Below the pieces are notes generated by a model, which had not been told where the DNA came from, searched no databases, and saw nothing but the letters and a program-made list of their open reading frames with translations. DNA of 64,000 nucleotides. Origin: Camelus dromedarius. Lineage: Eukaryota. The DNA lies in contig NC_087436.1 of the NCBI RefSeq assembly GCF_036321535.1, positions 13,206,001-13,270,000 on the forward strand, in the 5' to 3' direction. Both the position numbers and the translations under genes were made by a program. Shown in pieces: positions 36,116-48,600 of this stretch (positions are counted from its first letter, which is position 1; each line of letters begins with the position of its first letter).

Positions 36116-36716
36116 TGAAACCAAGCAGGACCCTGTGGGACCCTCCTGGGTATAAAAGCTTTTCTGTGTCTCCCGCTTCTTGTTTGTAGGAAAAAGGCTT
36201 CCACTTCTTAGACTTTTCCTGAGTTCCAAAGGGCAGATTTAAGCGGTTACTGGTAGGGAAGTGAGGGGATGCAGAAAAAAGGAAAGGCAGTCAACCAAGA
36301 ACACAACAGCAATGGTGCAGGGTCCTGGTTCCTCCCCAGGGAATGTGCATAGTAATCCAACAGATATCTATGAGTTCTTCTATAGGAGCTGGGGTCCCCA
36401 CCCAGGCAGAAGATGGGAACCTCAGGCTGAGCACAAGTATGTGGACCCCAGAATGGTTGGAACCAGCAGCTGGTGATTGAGATTCCTGGAGCTCCTCCCA
36501 TTATCCCACCGCCAACCAACCAAAAGAAAGTCACACTCCCTAAAAACTCTTCCCTGAAACCCATCAGGGAATTCCGGTCTTTTGAGCATAAGCCAGCCCC
36601 TCACTTCACTCCATTCTCCTTGTTTAGCCCTGTAATAAACCTTTCTCTGCTCCAAACTCAGACATTTCAGTTTGGCCTCACTGTGCGTCAGGCCCATGAA
36701 CCAGGGTTCAACAACA
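36116..36716 (+). mobile_element. Solo ERV1-class LTR (family A) inserted in an old L1 fragment
   Basis: gaat|tgaaacc...caacaaca|gaac; aataaa at 36634-36639; ends homologous to 16684-17158. Confidence 0.8.
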
Positions 36717-36784
36717 GAACTCCTAGGTTAAAGTGTTTTAAAGCTCTTGTATATGTATTATAAATTTGTTTAGTAGAATCTTGC

Positions 36785-37805
36785 AGTCAAATGAGATATC
36801 ACCTCTCACTTGTTAGAATGGCTACCTTTAAAGAGACAAGAGATAACAAGTGTTGGAAAGGATGTGACGTAAAGGGAACCTTTGTGCACTTTTGGTAGTA
36901 TTGTAAATTGGTGCAGCCACTACGGAAAACAGAATGGAGGTTTCTCAAAAAATTAAAAATAGAACTGCCATATGAACCAGCAACTCCACTTCTGGGTACT
37001 TACCCGAAGGAAACTCTCAAAAAGATACCTGCACACCCATGTTCACTGCAGCATTATTTACAATAGTCAAGGGGGAGGGTCTAGCTCAGTGGTAGAGTGC
37101 ATGCTTAGCATGCATGAGGTCCTGGGTTCAATCCCCAGAACTTCTGTTAAAATAAATAAATAAATAAACCTATTAACCACCCCCCAAAAAACAAACAAAC
37201 AAACAAAAACATCTCCTACAATAGCCAAAACATGGAAATAACTTTAGTTTCCACCAAGGGATGGATGGATAAAGAAAATGGTATAGATACACAACATAAT
37301 TCAGCCATAAAAAAGAAGGAAATCTTGCCATTTGCAAAAGCATGGATGGACCCTGAGGGCACTATGCTAATGAAATAAGTCAGTCAGAGAAAAACAAATA
37401 CCATATGATACCATTTATAAGTGGAGTCTTAAGAAAAACAAACTAGTACATATGGATAAGTGATTGGTGGTTGCCAGAAATGTAGGGTATGGAGTGGATA
37501 AAATGGGTAAAGGTGATCAAAATGTACAAATGTTCAATTATAAGATAATAAATCCTGAGGATGTGGTGCAGCGTGGTGACTATAGTTAATACTGTATTGT
37601 GTATTTAAAAGTTGTTAAGAGTAGATCTTAAAAGTTCTCATTGCAAGAAAAAAAAATTGTAACTGTGTGTTAATGGTTGTTAAGTAAACTTACTGTGTGA
37701 ATCATTTCACAATACATACAAATGTCAACTCATTATGTTGTACACCTAAAACTAACACAATGTTATAAATCAATTTTATCTCAATCAAAATAAGTTAAAA
37801 TAAAA
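36785..37805 (+). mobile_element. L1MA-like 3' end, split by a SINE
   Basis: aatgagatatcacctc...gataacaagtgttgg...gcacacccatgttcactgcagcattattt; 3'UTR ending aaatcaattttatctcaat. Confidence 0.88.
37071..37216 (+). mobile_element. Camelid SINE with 12-bp TSD
   Basis: Near-consensus copy; TSD tacaatagtcaa (37059-37070) / tacaatagccaa (37217-37228). Confidence 0.93.
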
Positions 37806-40314
37806 TACAAGAGTAATGGTATAATTAACAACAACAGGGATTTGGAAAATGAAATAAAATTTAATGAATGAATGAGTGCCTAAAACATAAAGCACACAGG
37901 TGGAAACACTCAGACACAAAAGCAGTTGTACCCACTTCCCATGTGCCAGGCTGATGTGACCAAATGAACTGGTGAAAGAAATGCTAACACAATTATATTT
38001 ACATGGTTTTGTATTATGTGTAGGTACCCATCTAATGAACTGATATTATTTTTAAAAGTAATTTGAAATAATAGGGATTTGATTAAAGTAATCTCAAAAA
38101 AAAAAAAAAAAAGAATCTTCCAGACAGCCATGTTTAAGACTATCAGTGTTCAGTATTATTATAAAAAACAAACCTTGCTAATTGGATATATGAAAATTGA
38201 TGTCCTATCATTTCAATTTGTATTCTTTAATTTTGAACTTTAAAAAATACATCTGCCAGCTACAGCGTGTCCTTTTCCTGTGACTTCTGTGTGCTGGAGA
38301 AAAGGCAAAGTTTTTTATGCCCATATTACCAGGGATAGTCAGGTTGATTTGAGCACCCCAGCCAACACTGACAAAAGATGAGAACACTGGGTGCCTTGGG
38401 GAAGCAGTGCCTCTGTTGACATCTCCATCAACTGACTGAGCTATGTGCTTTGGATTGCAAAGAGAAGGTATTTTTGAAATTCTTATCTGGGGATTCTGGG
38501 TTTTCCATCTTTTTTTTTCATTTTTTAGCCCACCATTTTATTTGCTTCCTAGTTTAGCCTTCTGATAAAAATAAATAGCTAAGAGTTACAATGAGCACAA
38601 GATAACAAAGCTATAGCAATTCACCTAGAGTATCGGAAAGTTTAGCTTTCTAAATTAATTGCAACTCACGCTGCTTCACCAAGGGCTAGGACATGAAAAA
38701 CTGATGATACTTTCCCTGACACCATGAAAATAATTATAGTCAACCTGTGAATATTTTGACCCTGGCCTTTCTGTAAATGCTCATGGAAAACTATTCTGAG
38801 GTAGACTCTTCTGGGGTCTTACTCTGGCATAATTCATAGACCATGTTTTTGGTGGTGTTTTTTATTAGAAAAATGACAGAGGCCAGTTAAGAGGGTTTTA
38901 GAAACAAGATCTTGTTTTGAAATAAAAGAATGTTCCCAAACTCTGGGACATTTTCTTAGATATTGCGAGGTCCAAAGGAAAAGTCAATATTCCAGGAGAA
39001 AATTTGTTCCACCTTTAAGAAGAGTGTTTTATATCTTGAGCCAAAGTTTTATTTTATTGTTTTGCTGTTTTGAGGTTTAAACTTTTCAAGCAAGTAAAAT
39101 GAAGAGAGTGTCTTCAGAACCCTGAGAAACCCACACGTTCAAAGATGGTCACTTTTTTATTAGGAAGATTCATTACTTGGATTTTCCATTTTTAGTTCAA
39201 CTAGACCTTCCATTTATAAACTTCAAACTCCATTAGCTTGTTGTTGTTGTTGTTTATTGGCAGCATCTCTTCTTCTGCCACAAACATGGTACATGACCCA
39301 ATTCCAAGCACCCCCTTGTAAAAGGCACTTAATTAAACCAAAAAACAAACCAGCAGGATAAAGAATTATAGGGGACCACTTTAAGAAACACAGGGTCCCA
39401 GCGTTATAAACAACGTGGAAGTAGATCATAGAATCCTGTCAAGTCTCCCAAATCTAATTTATTTGGTCAATAATATAATTCTTTCCATCTCTGTGAGAAA
39501 CTTATCCGCCACACTCTTGTGACTATATAGTTTGAGTACAATTTCTCCTCTAACCACGCCTCCATTAAAATGTAACACATGTCTATAGCAAGCATTAAAT
39601 CAAAAGACAAAGTACAGGAAATTGTTTTCATGTGTTGCCCTGCTTAAAAAGAATGGAATAGAGGAAACTTTGCAATTAATGCTATCTTAATGCTTTATGG
39701 CTCAATATGAAGAGTTGTGCCTGTTCCTAACCTACCCGCTCCTCTTCTTGAGAAATGATGCAATCTCAATTCATTCCAACTCTCAGGTAGACCATGAGGT
39801 TTGCATTTGGTGAACGGTATCTAAATAGACTTTCTTCCATGAAACTAAGAGTGAAGAATATTTATGTGTGCGTTTTTCCCATGAATGTAATTATAACCAG
39901 ATAGAAAATCTGAAGTGCTACTGCAAGTTTGAGCTGCCTGTACCAACTTCTCAATAAAAGTAGGAAGCTCCTAAAAGTGTAACTATATTCCGGAGGTGCT
40001 AAATGTGCTCTAAGAAGAAGGAAGGAAAGGCATGATTGTTTATAAAACCAGCATGAGTGCCGAGCACCTACTCTCAAGCACGGTGTGCCAGACTCATTGC
40101 AATGGACAAGGGCTGGGACGTTGGAAGGTGGGGGGCAGCTCCTCGCCATGGCTGTCACTGGTGACATCATGGTCAAGATCATTGGTCTCATGGGTTTGGG
40201 ACAACCTAAGACACTTAGCAATATCTCTGTCAGGTCGGCACCCAGTTTACCTAAAAGGAAGCTTGGAGGCATTGAGTCTGGAGTAGCTTTTTGAGAAGAG
40301 GTGTACAGGCATTG

Positions 40315-40317
<3 letters not shown>

Positions 40318-40349
<32 letters not shown>
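40318..40349. repeat. (GT)n microsatellite
   Basis: About 16 perfect GT units. Confidence 0.97.
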
Positions 40350-40352
<3 letters not shown>

Positions 40353-40709
40353 ATGTTCATTAGTGAGACAAGCAAAACTCCCACTGAGTCCATGAATTGA
40401 AACTAGATTGATTTTTTTGTTCCTTTCTTGTATGAAATGCAATTAGATGCACTGCTCATGAGATAAACATATATGACGCAGAAGCTCCTTTACTTACAAA
40501 CTGACTGGTTTCTGGAAAGTTTTCTCAAATTCAGTTGTTTCTAAGACCAAAGCGATTTCATAAAAGCAACTGTTATTCTCATTTTTGGGCAATGGACAGA
40601 GTCATGGTTCTTATGTTCTGGCTCATACCTTTCCTTATATGCATGAAAATGTGTAAGTTGAAAGTTTATAAGAGGTAAGCGTCAATACTGTAAATAAATA
40701 TATAACCCA

Positions 40710-41165
40710 TGTGTTAGTTCTCTAGGGCTGCTGTTATAAATTAGCACACACTGGGTGGCTTAAAACAACAGAAGTTTATTTTCTCACAGCTCTGGAGGCT
40801 AGAAGTCTGAAATTCAGGTGTTGGCAGGGTGGGTTGTTTCTGGAGGTTCTGAGAGAGAATCCATCCCATGCCTCTGTCCTCGCTCCTTGTGGCTGCTGGC
40901 AACCCTTGGTGTTCCTTGGTTTGTAACTGCATCTCTCCAGTCTCTGCTTCCCTATTCTCATGGTGTCCTCCTTGTGCGTCTGTGTCACTCTGGGTCCAAA
41001 CAGTTGCTTATAAGGACACAAGTCATTGGATTAGGGCTCACCCGAATCCAGTATGATCTCATTTTAACCTGATTACATCCGCAAGACCCTGCTTCCAAAC
41101 AAGATCACACTCAGATGTTAAGACTTCGACACATCTTTCTTGGGGACACAATTCAATCCATAACA
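40710..41165 (-). mobile_element. MLT1-type MaLR solo LTR
   Basis: tgtgttagttctctagggctgctg...ggtggcttaaaacaacagaagtttatt...ggacacaattcaatccataaca. Confidence 0.9.
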
Positions 41166-41749
41166 CCCGTCACCTCCCAAACAAGGTGCTTCCATTCAAC
41201 TAAAAATGTTAAAATTATCTTTGTGTGGGTGAATGAACAGATGTTGAAAATATATTACTTATATCTTCCACTCCACTGGTAACTTTAACATATAAATCTA
41301 CGTCATTTGAGAAACATGCATATTCTACTATTGGGATAATAGCAAAGGTTTGTGTACACGTATATTATTTATGGGGTTACATATGCTCCCACTCATCCCA
41401 CCCACACAAACACACACAGACACACAATCTTTTGTGTATTACACACTGTATGAGAATGTAACGAAGATTTACTCTGGTGTCTCTCTTGCTACTCACATAT
41501 ACACATGTACAAGCTGGACATATCTAAAACTGCTCAACCATCTCTGAACACACCACAAATCAGCGTCTGGCATTGGAAAAGGACACTCTTCCATTAATCG
41601 GATTCAGAGTGCACGTTTTTTAAAAAGTGAAGAAATGGTCATCAAATAACACATTTCAGCTAGTACCCGGTTCTCTCAGCTCCTTTTTGTTTCTTGAATC
41701 ATGACTGTTATGGCTAACTAGTGACCAAACCTGTTTCTTCCTCATCCTG

Positions 41750-42064
41750 TGTAAAAACCTAGATGATATATTTTCTAGCCAGGTAGATGTGACCATGGGC
41801 CTGACTTCTAGAAGGAATGTGTGCCATTCCAGGCTGAGCTCTTAGAAACCTCCTGCAAATGTCCCCGCTTCCTCTGGCTTGAGTCAGACAAACAAAGCTT
41901 CCTTGGAAACCCTGTGTTGAAGGGGAAAGAACCACAAAATGAAAGAAGCCTGTATTTCTGAATCGCTACTTGGTGATCATGAATTCCCACTTTGAGCTTT
42001 TTAAGCTGTTATGTAACTTGGGTTTGTTAGTTTCAATACCTAGCATTCCCTTAATTTAAATACA
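41750..42064 (+). mobile_element. Older MLT1-like MaLR relic
   Basis: gatgtgaccatgggcctgacttct...ttaagctgtt...tgggtttgttag...aataca. Confidence 0.5.
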
Positions 42065-42089
42065 GTGGCTACAAATGAGTACTTGAGCT

Positions 42090-42505
42090 CACACAATCTG
42101 AGAGAAAGGATCAGAGACAGCTCAACGGCAGAGTCAGATTTATTACAAGAAACCTGCAAAGGGGTCTCCAGTCAGACTGGAGCCCGCACTCTGCGCAAGG
42201 GCTTGGTTATTTACGCCTGGGGGTAGGAACCGATTGGTGGGTTCTCATGCAAATGAGGGATGCTGAAAGGGGCGTGCATGTAGGATGGATTCTCCAGCCA
42301 GTAGTTCTCACTGTAGTCTGGAGAGGGTTTTACAGGCAGAGGGAGATTTTTTACTAAAGGTGGAAGTTGTGGCTTGTGGTCAGATCAGCCTGTCCTGAAA
42401 TAGCGGCTAATCGAAGTGGAGTTGGTTTTGCCTGTCGCAGCGGAAGGTGAGAATGACCGAAAAGGAGTGTCATTATTGCTTGTTTGCAATGCTCTCCCCT
42501 CCCAA
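42090..42505 (-). mobile_element. Probable ERV LTR fragment
   Basis: tttatt near 42139, gattgg at 42232, octamer atgcaaat at 42247-42254; LTR-like layout in reverse. Confidence 0.5.
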
Positions 42506-42827
42506 ATTGTGCAGTGAAGTCTGTGAGGCTGGTCTCTCCCCTAAATGACTTCCATTGAATCATTGAATTCTGCACAGAGCATACACTGCCATGCACATTT
42601 CTCCCTGATTTCAAGTCTTAGTCTTAACTCCTTAACTAAATGGTAAACGTGTCGAGGACATTGCTTTGTGTCTCACAGCTCTTAGTTCAGAGTCCGGCAC
42701 TAGTGAGATGCTCACTGTATGTTTCTTGATATACATATATATATATTATGTATGTGGTGAGTGGACTGATTCTTAACAAAGCCAAGGGCAAATTTTACCA
42801 GCTAAATAAGTTTTGGTGTACTTAATC

Positions 42828-43112
42828 CATTTTCTTTTATTTGAAGTATAGTCAGTTTACAATGTTGTGTCAGTTTCTGATGTACAGCATCATGTTTCAA
42901 TTATACACATACATACATATATTCCTTTTCATATTCTTCTTCATCATGGGTTACTACAAGATATTGAATATACTTCCCTATGCTATATAATAGAAACTTG
43001 TTTATCTATTTTATGTATGTTAGTTGGTATCTCAAACTCCCAGTTTATTACTTCCTATCTCCTTTTCCCCCTGGTAATCATAAATTTATTTCTATATCTG
43101 TGAGTCTGTTTC
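42828..43112 (-). mobile_element. Young L1 3' end
   Basis: ttgaagtatagtcagtttacaatgttgtgtcagtttctgatgtacagc. Confidence 0.85.
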
Positions 43113-43199
43113 CTTAATCAGTTTTAGAACTAGTTTCAAGGCCATAAATTAATAAAAAATATTATATTTACTTTATTATATATATTATAAATATTATAT

Positions 43200-43239
43200 A
43201 TACTTTAAGTATATATATATATATATATACTTAAAGTAT
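43200..43239. repeat. Perfect 40-bp palindrome centred on (AT)n
   Basis: atactttaagt(at)9acttaaagtat equals its own reverse complement. Confidence 0.95.
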
Positions 43240-44298
43240 TAACATTAAGAACCATAAATGCTATTAAATTGAATTTAACTTAATTTAATTAATTTAATTT
43301 AAATGCATTGCTCTCTTCATTCAAGAAGATAAAAGTGGTTCTATTATATTTCTCTCATAGCCTTTTGAGAAAGGGCAGGACATTTTTAGACACAAATTTC
43401 TTCTGAGCTGAAAGTTTCAATGCATTTGCTGCCACACTTCTACTAATTTATCAAATCACAGTTAAAATTAAATTAAAGGGAGGAAAAATGCACGCTCTTT
43501 CTCAGGTTTAATCACAGTAAAGAGGCTGGCAAAATTAAATTTGGGGCATCTGTAGACCACTTCCTATTCCTGTGTAAGTTCTGTTTCCCAATCAAGTACT
43601 ACACTAATGAAAGTATAACTCAAGTCCAAGTCGGATTCGCCTCAGTTAATTCAAATGGCCTACATGAGGACCTGGATAATACTACCAGGAGATGAATGGA
43701 AAGATAAAAACAGATGGAAGGTGAGGGCTTGGCCCTGTAACGTCTGCTGTCTTTTCTGCCCAGCTTTTCCTCATTTGCCTGGTAACACAACCTACCCCCT
43801 TGGCTTGATGAGAAGTCAGAAGACCTAGAATAGATCAATTAAGTGATAATCTATTTTGCTTAATAAAAAATATTTTCATGCTTTTAGTTTTATTTCTCAA
43901 ATGAATTGGAAAAGTAGTAGTTTCCACTTTACATGAATTCATTTTGAGTGGCCTTTTCTTTGTTTCAATTTCCTTTTGGTTTTAAGGACCCCTGTGCCCT
44001 TCTGACAGCACCCATCACATTGTTGATGTTCATAAGTGTCCTGTACCAAACCGTGACCTCTCTAAAGGCAGGTACCTTCTTTAATTCATGTTTGACTCTG
44101 CTAAGGTTTAGCTGAGTAGCTGCTCATGATGTTGATGAAATAAATGAAGAGATGAGTAGATGAATATAATAGGTATCAGATTCAAAAGCCCTGGAATTTC
44201 CATTTAATATTGATGTCCTGGGTCCTGAAGGTCTTAGTAGTCCTGGACCAGATAATTTTTTGAAGCCCTTAAATTTAGCAATCTCAAAACTATTTTGT

Positions 44299-44480
44299 TT
44301 TTTAATTTATCTTTTATTTAATTTTATGGTTTTCTTTTCTTATTTATGTATTCATGTATTTATTTATTTAGGGGGGAGGTAATTAGGTTTATTTATTTAA
44401 TGGAAGTTCTGGGCATTGAGCCCAGCACCCTGTGCATGCTAAGCATGCACTCTACCATTGAGCTATATTCTACCCTCCCC
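44299..44480 (-). mobile_element. Camelid SINE
   Basis: ggggaggtaattaggtttattt...gtgcatgctaagcatgcactctaccattgagctata; TSD-like aactattttg / gactattttt. Confidence 0.9.
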
Positions 44481-45648
44481 AAGACTATTTTGTGTTTGGC
44501 TTCCTTTGAAAAATGTCATCTTTAGGTGTTCTTTAAATATAGATAATATTAACTCACATAAAAAAAACAGGTTCCCAAGATAGGAACTGATCACTCACAA
44601 AACTTTCTTGTCACTATTCTGAGTGACAAACTTTTTAGACAAGAAGTCAACTAGTGCAGCTTCCAAGAGTTACAATGCGTGCTTGAGAATGGCCCAGTGT
44701 AGATTCGAAGAGCCAAAGGCACCATAAACTGCGGCCAAAAAGGTCTCGGGGCAGCCCTGAAAGTGGCTCAGCAGCTGGCTGGACTTGGAATGAGGCTGGC
44801 CCCAGAAGGGTTTGCCCACGTCGCCCGCAGTTGCTTCTTTGGTCCACTTAATGGAAAATAACCCTCGCTGGCTGGCCTGAAACTATATGGCTCAGACTAA
44901 ACATTAAATTTATTACAGCAAATTGGTCTTTGGCCCCTGGTGGCTTCAGGACTACAAGGAGGACAAAAAGCCCTGCTGCTGTCAGGACACTGGAAATCTG
45001 CCGCTGGAGATACAGATGGAGGTGGGTACGGACCTTCCGCAGATTCAAAAATGGGAGTCATTTTCCAATTAAAATAGATTGATTTAATGGCATAGAGGAT
45101 GATATTATGTGCCCAGGAGGGACCCACAAAGGGCTTTTGTGAGCTTGAACAAACACTCTGAAAAAGCTTCCCTGGTGTTCCATGGAGGACTCTACTGCTC
45201 TGCATTTGGTGGCCTTTGAATGCCACACTCAGGTCAGTATTAACAAGAATCCTTTACATCATTTCTGTGCCCTAAAGAGAGTCCAAAGAGAAGTGACATA
45301 ATGCAATTCAAATGACTGATCACCTACTATGAGCCAGGTGTCCTGCTAGGCACTGTGCTCTGGCCACATCTTAAAAGCTCTCTAAGATCTGGATCAGGTT
45401 TCCAAAAACAGCCAAGGGGGGGAGTCTAAAGTACTTGGATGTTTCTGGTTCAGCTGACACTTGCATCAATTGTCCATCCAATTCAGATGTTTCTTTGGAA
45501 GAAGATTAGGAGTCAATGAGCAGAAAATCTATGACAGGCCCAGGCCCAGGCCCAGCTGGAAAAAGCAAGGTATCTCCAGAGTTGGGCAATCATCACTATA
45601 ATCAATTTTAGAACATTTTTATTGTCTCCCAAAGAAATCCCATGTTGG

Positions 45649-48600
45649 AGACCTGATGTAATCCAGATGATGACAGAGGTTGTTCTCTACTTCAGGCCCC
45701 TTCACAAGAGGACCAACTAACAATTACCCATAGACAATATACAATTGTGACAATCCCAGAACCTGGAGATGAGGTTGACATACTCCTGGACCCCAGAGAC
45801 AAAGAATGGCCAGATCAGAAAGGGAAGAGGGGCAGTTTCACTTTTTCCCCTCCTCCAGGCTGGCACAGTGTCACACTGAGGGGCCCCCTTGGGCCTATGA
45901 TTTCTCAAGTGGGAAAGGAAAACCCGAGGTGGACATCCAGCTCCCCCAGCATAATGGGACACTTCCTAGAAGGTCTGCTAGGGTCTAGTCTCCCAGGAAT
46001 CATCACTGGGGGACTCTACAGGACTTGACCAGTGGGGAGTAGATAAAGACCAAGAAGAAGAGCAAGGCTCACAGCAGCCAGCACTCAGATCCTGGAGACC
46101 ATGTTACTGCTTTCAGTTGTGCCCCACCAAACATCTCTGTTAGTGGCTCTGCCCATCTGTAGAGCCAAGTCAGTGGCCCTGTCTGTCCAAAGAGCTTAGC
46201 TGGCAGTTTTGCCTGAATTGGGTCCCAATTCAATCGGCAATATCAGCATAGAGGCAGTTCTATGGTTCCACCTGGGCAGAAAAGCAAGTTTGAAGCTGCA
46301 CCCAACTGCAGAGCATAACCTCCAGTCATACCTGATAAAGAAGTTGGCCAGAGAACCTGGATGGCTGTGGAGCTCATCTGACAGCCCACATCAGATCGTG
46401 AGCCACACCAGCAGCCTTGCCCATGTAACCAGAGAGCTTAAACTGTGACCTTGGGCAGCCTCTGAGACTAGCCTACCATACTGCCCAGCCATGGAGCATA
46501 GCTTACAACCCTACTCAGGAATAGAGCTCAGATTAAGGGCTTGGTGGCTTGCAGAACATAGCTTTTGGCTTCTCTTAGGAGAAGAGCCCAGCCAGCAACC
46601 ACACCCAATCTTGATGCATAGCCTGCAGCCCCATCCCACCAGAACTCAAAGACCATGCCCAACTGCAGAGCATAGTCTCCAACCCCCTCCAACTGCAGGA
46701 TACAGATGGAAGACTTGCCTGATCAGAAACCCTAACCAGTTAACCTAACCCAACTGCAAAGCACACTAAATGACCCACCTAACAACAAAGCCAAGCCTGC
46801 AGCCCTGCCCAATTGGGAGGCACAGCCTGAGGCCCCAGTTGACCAGGAGTCACTGGGAAGCTCACCCTGTAGCCCTTCCCAGCCACAGAGGTCAGCCAGC
46901 AGCACTTCCCTGCCAAGGAACCAAGACTGCAAACTTGCCTGACCAGAGGTGCTTACAGGACTCAGCTAATGGTCTCACCTGGCCACAAAGAACAGCCAGC
47001 ATGCCCACCCAATTTTGCGGGACCAGACAGAAGCACCTTCCTCCAACCTCAGAGCATGGACAATGCTCTTACCCAACTAGACATTCCAACAGCAAGTCTT
47101 GCTTACTTGCAGGAGCTACCAGCTGACCCAGCCAGTATCCCAACTGAGCTGAGCTGACTGGTGAATGTCTTTCCCTGTCAATGCAAACCTGTAAAGTCTA
47201 GGGGGAAAGACCATTTATGCAAATGTGCAGATTTCAACATGAAGGAAAAGAAACCAACAAAGAAACCAACCAAAAGAAACTAACAAAGCTCCAATAACTG
47301 ACCCTAAAAAGATCTATGAACTGTCTAACAAAGAATTAAGAATAATCCTCTTAAAAAGGAAATGCTGAAAGGAATGGACTTCTATATCTTCCAGCTGAAA
47401 TGAATAGATACTAAATAATAACAAGAAAATATGAAAATATAAAACATGCTGATAACGGTGAGAATATAATCAAATTCAGAATACTCTTATATTGTAATAT
47501 GGTGCTATGTTAATCACTTAACTCTAGTATAAAGGTTTAAAGGACAAAACAATTAAGAATAATGATAGCTACAATAATTTGTTAATGGAGATACAATATT
47601 AAAGGAGGTAAATTATGATATCAAAAACATAAATTACAGGGGGGAGGTAAATAAAAAAGTAGAGGTTTTATATGTGATCAAAGTTAAGTTGTTATCAGCA
47701 TAAAATAGACTGTTATCTATAAGATGTTTTATGTAAACCTCATGGTAATGACAAAGAAAAAAAAACTACAGTAAATACATAAAAGATAAAAGAAGGAAAT
47801 CAAAGCATACCACAATAGAAAATTATCAACCCACCAAAAAAAAAAAAAAAAAAAAACCAGCAAAAGAGGAAGAAAGGAACAAAGAAACTATAAAACAGCC
47901 AGAAAACAATAAGATAGCTATAGTAAGCTCTTACCACTCAATAATTACTTTAAATGTAAATCAATTAAATTCCCCAATCAAAAGACACAGAATGGCCAAA
48001 TTAATTAAAGTAAAAAGATCTAACAATATGCTACCTACAAGAGATTCACTTTAGCTTTAAGGACATACACAGGCTGAGAGTAAAGGAACAGAAAAAATAA
48101 ACAAGCAAATGTTAACCAAAAGAAGCAAGAATGGCTATATTTATATCAAACAAAATAGACTTTAAGCTAAAAATGGTTACAAAAGACAAAGAAGGTCATC
48201 ATATAATGACAAATGAGTTAACTCATCAAGAAGATGTAAGAATTGTAAATATTTACACACACAACATTGGAGTGCCTAAGTGTATAAAGCAAATACTAAC
48301 AGAACTAAAATGATAAACAGCAGTACAATAGTAGATGAGGACTTAAATATTCCACTCTCAACAATGGATTAATCACCCAGATGATAGGAAACACCAATTA
48401 GGACACTGACCAAATGAACCTAACAGACATATACAGAATATTCTATCTAACACAAGCAAAAGCACACACAGAACATTTTCTAAGACAGATCATATATTAG
48501 GCTACAAAAGAAGTCACAGAATATCCAAGAAGATAGAAATTATGTCAAATATCTTTTCTGACCACAAACGGTATGAAAACATAAATTTGTAACAGGAGGA

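Noticed and set aside
37071..37143. tRNA-Ala-like sequence as a real tRNA gene
   Set aside because: It continues into a SINE body and A-rich tail with a TSD and recurs eight times in diverged form; it is a SINE head.
45560..45648. Possible L1 TSD (ctccagagtt versus ctccaagagtt at ~51108) implying 5' transduction of an L1MB fragment
   Set aside because: The match is short and gapped; it cannot be distinguished from chance by eye.
46140..47160. CRISPR-like repeat-spacer array
   Set aside because: Eukaryotic context, highly degenerate units with irregular spacing, and located in an L1 5'UTR.
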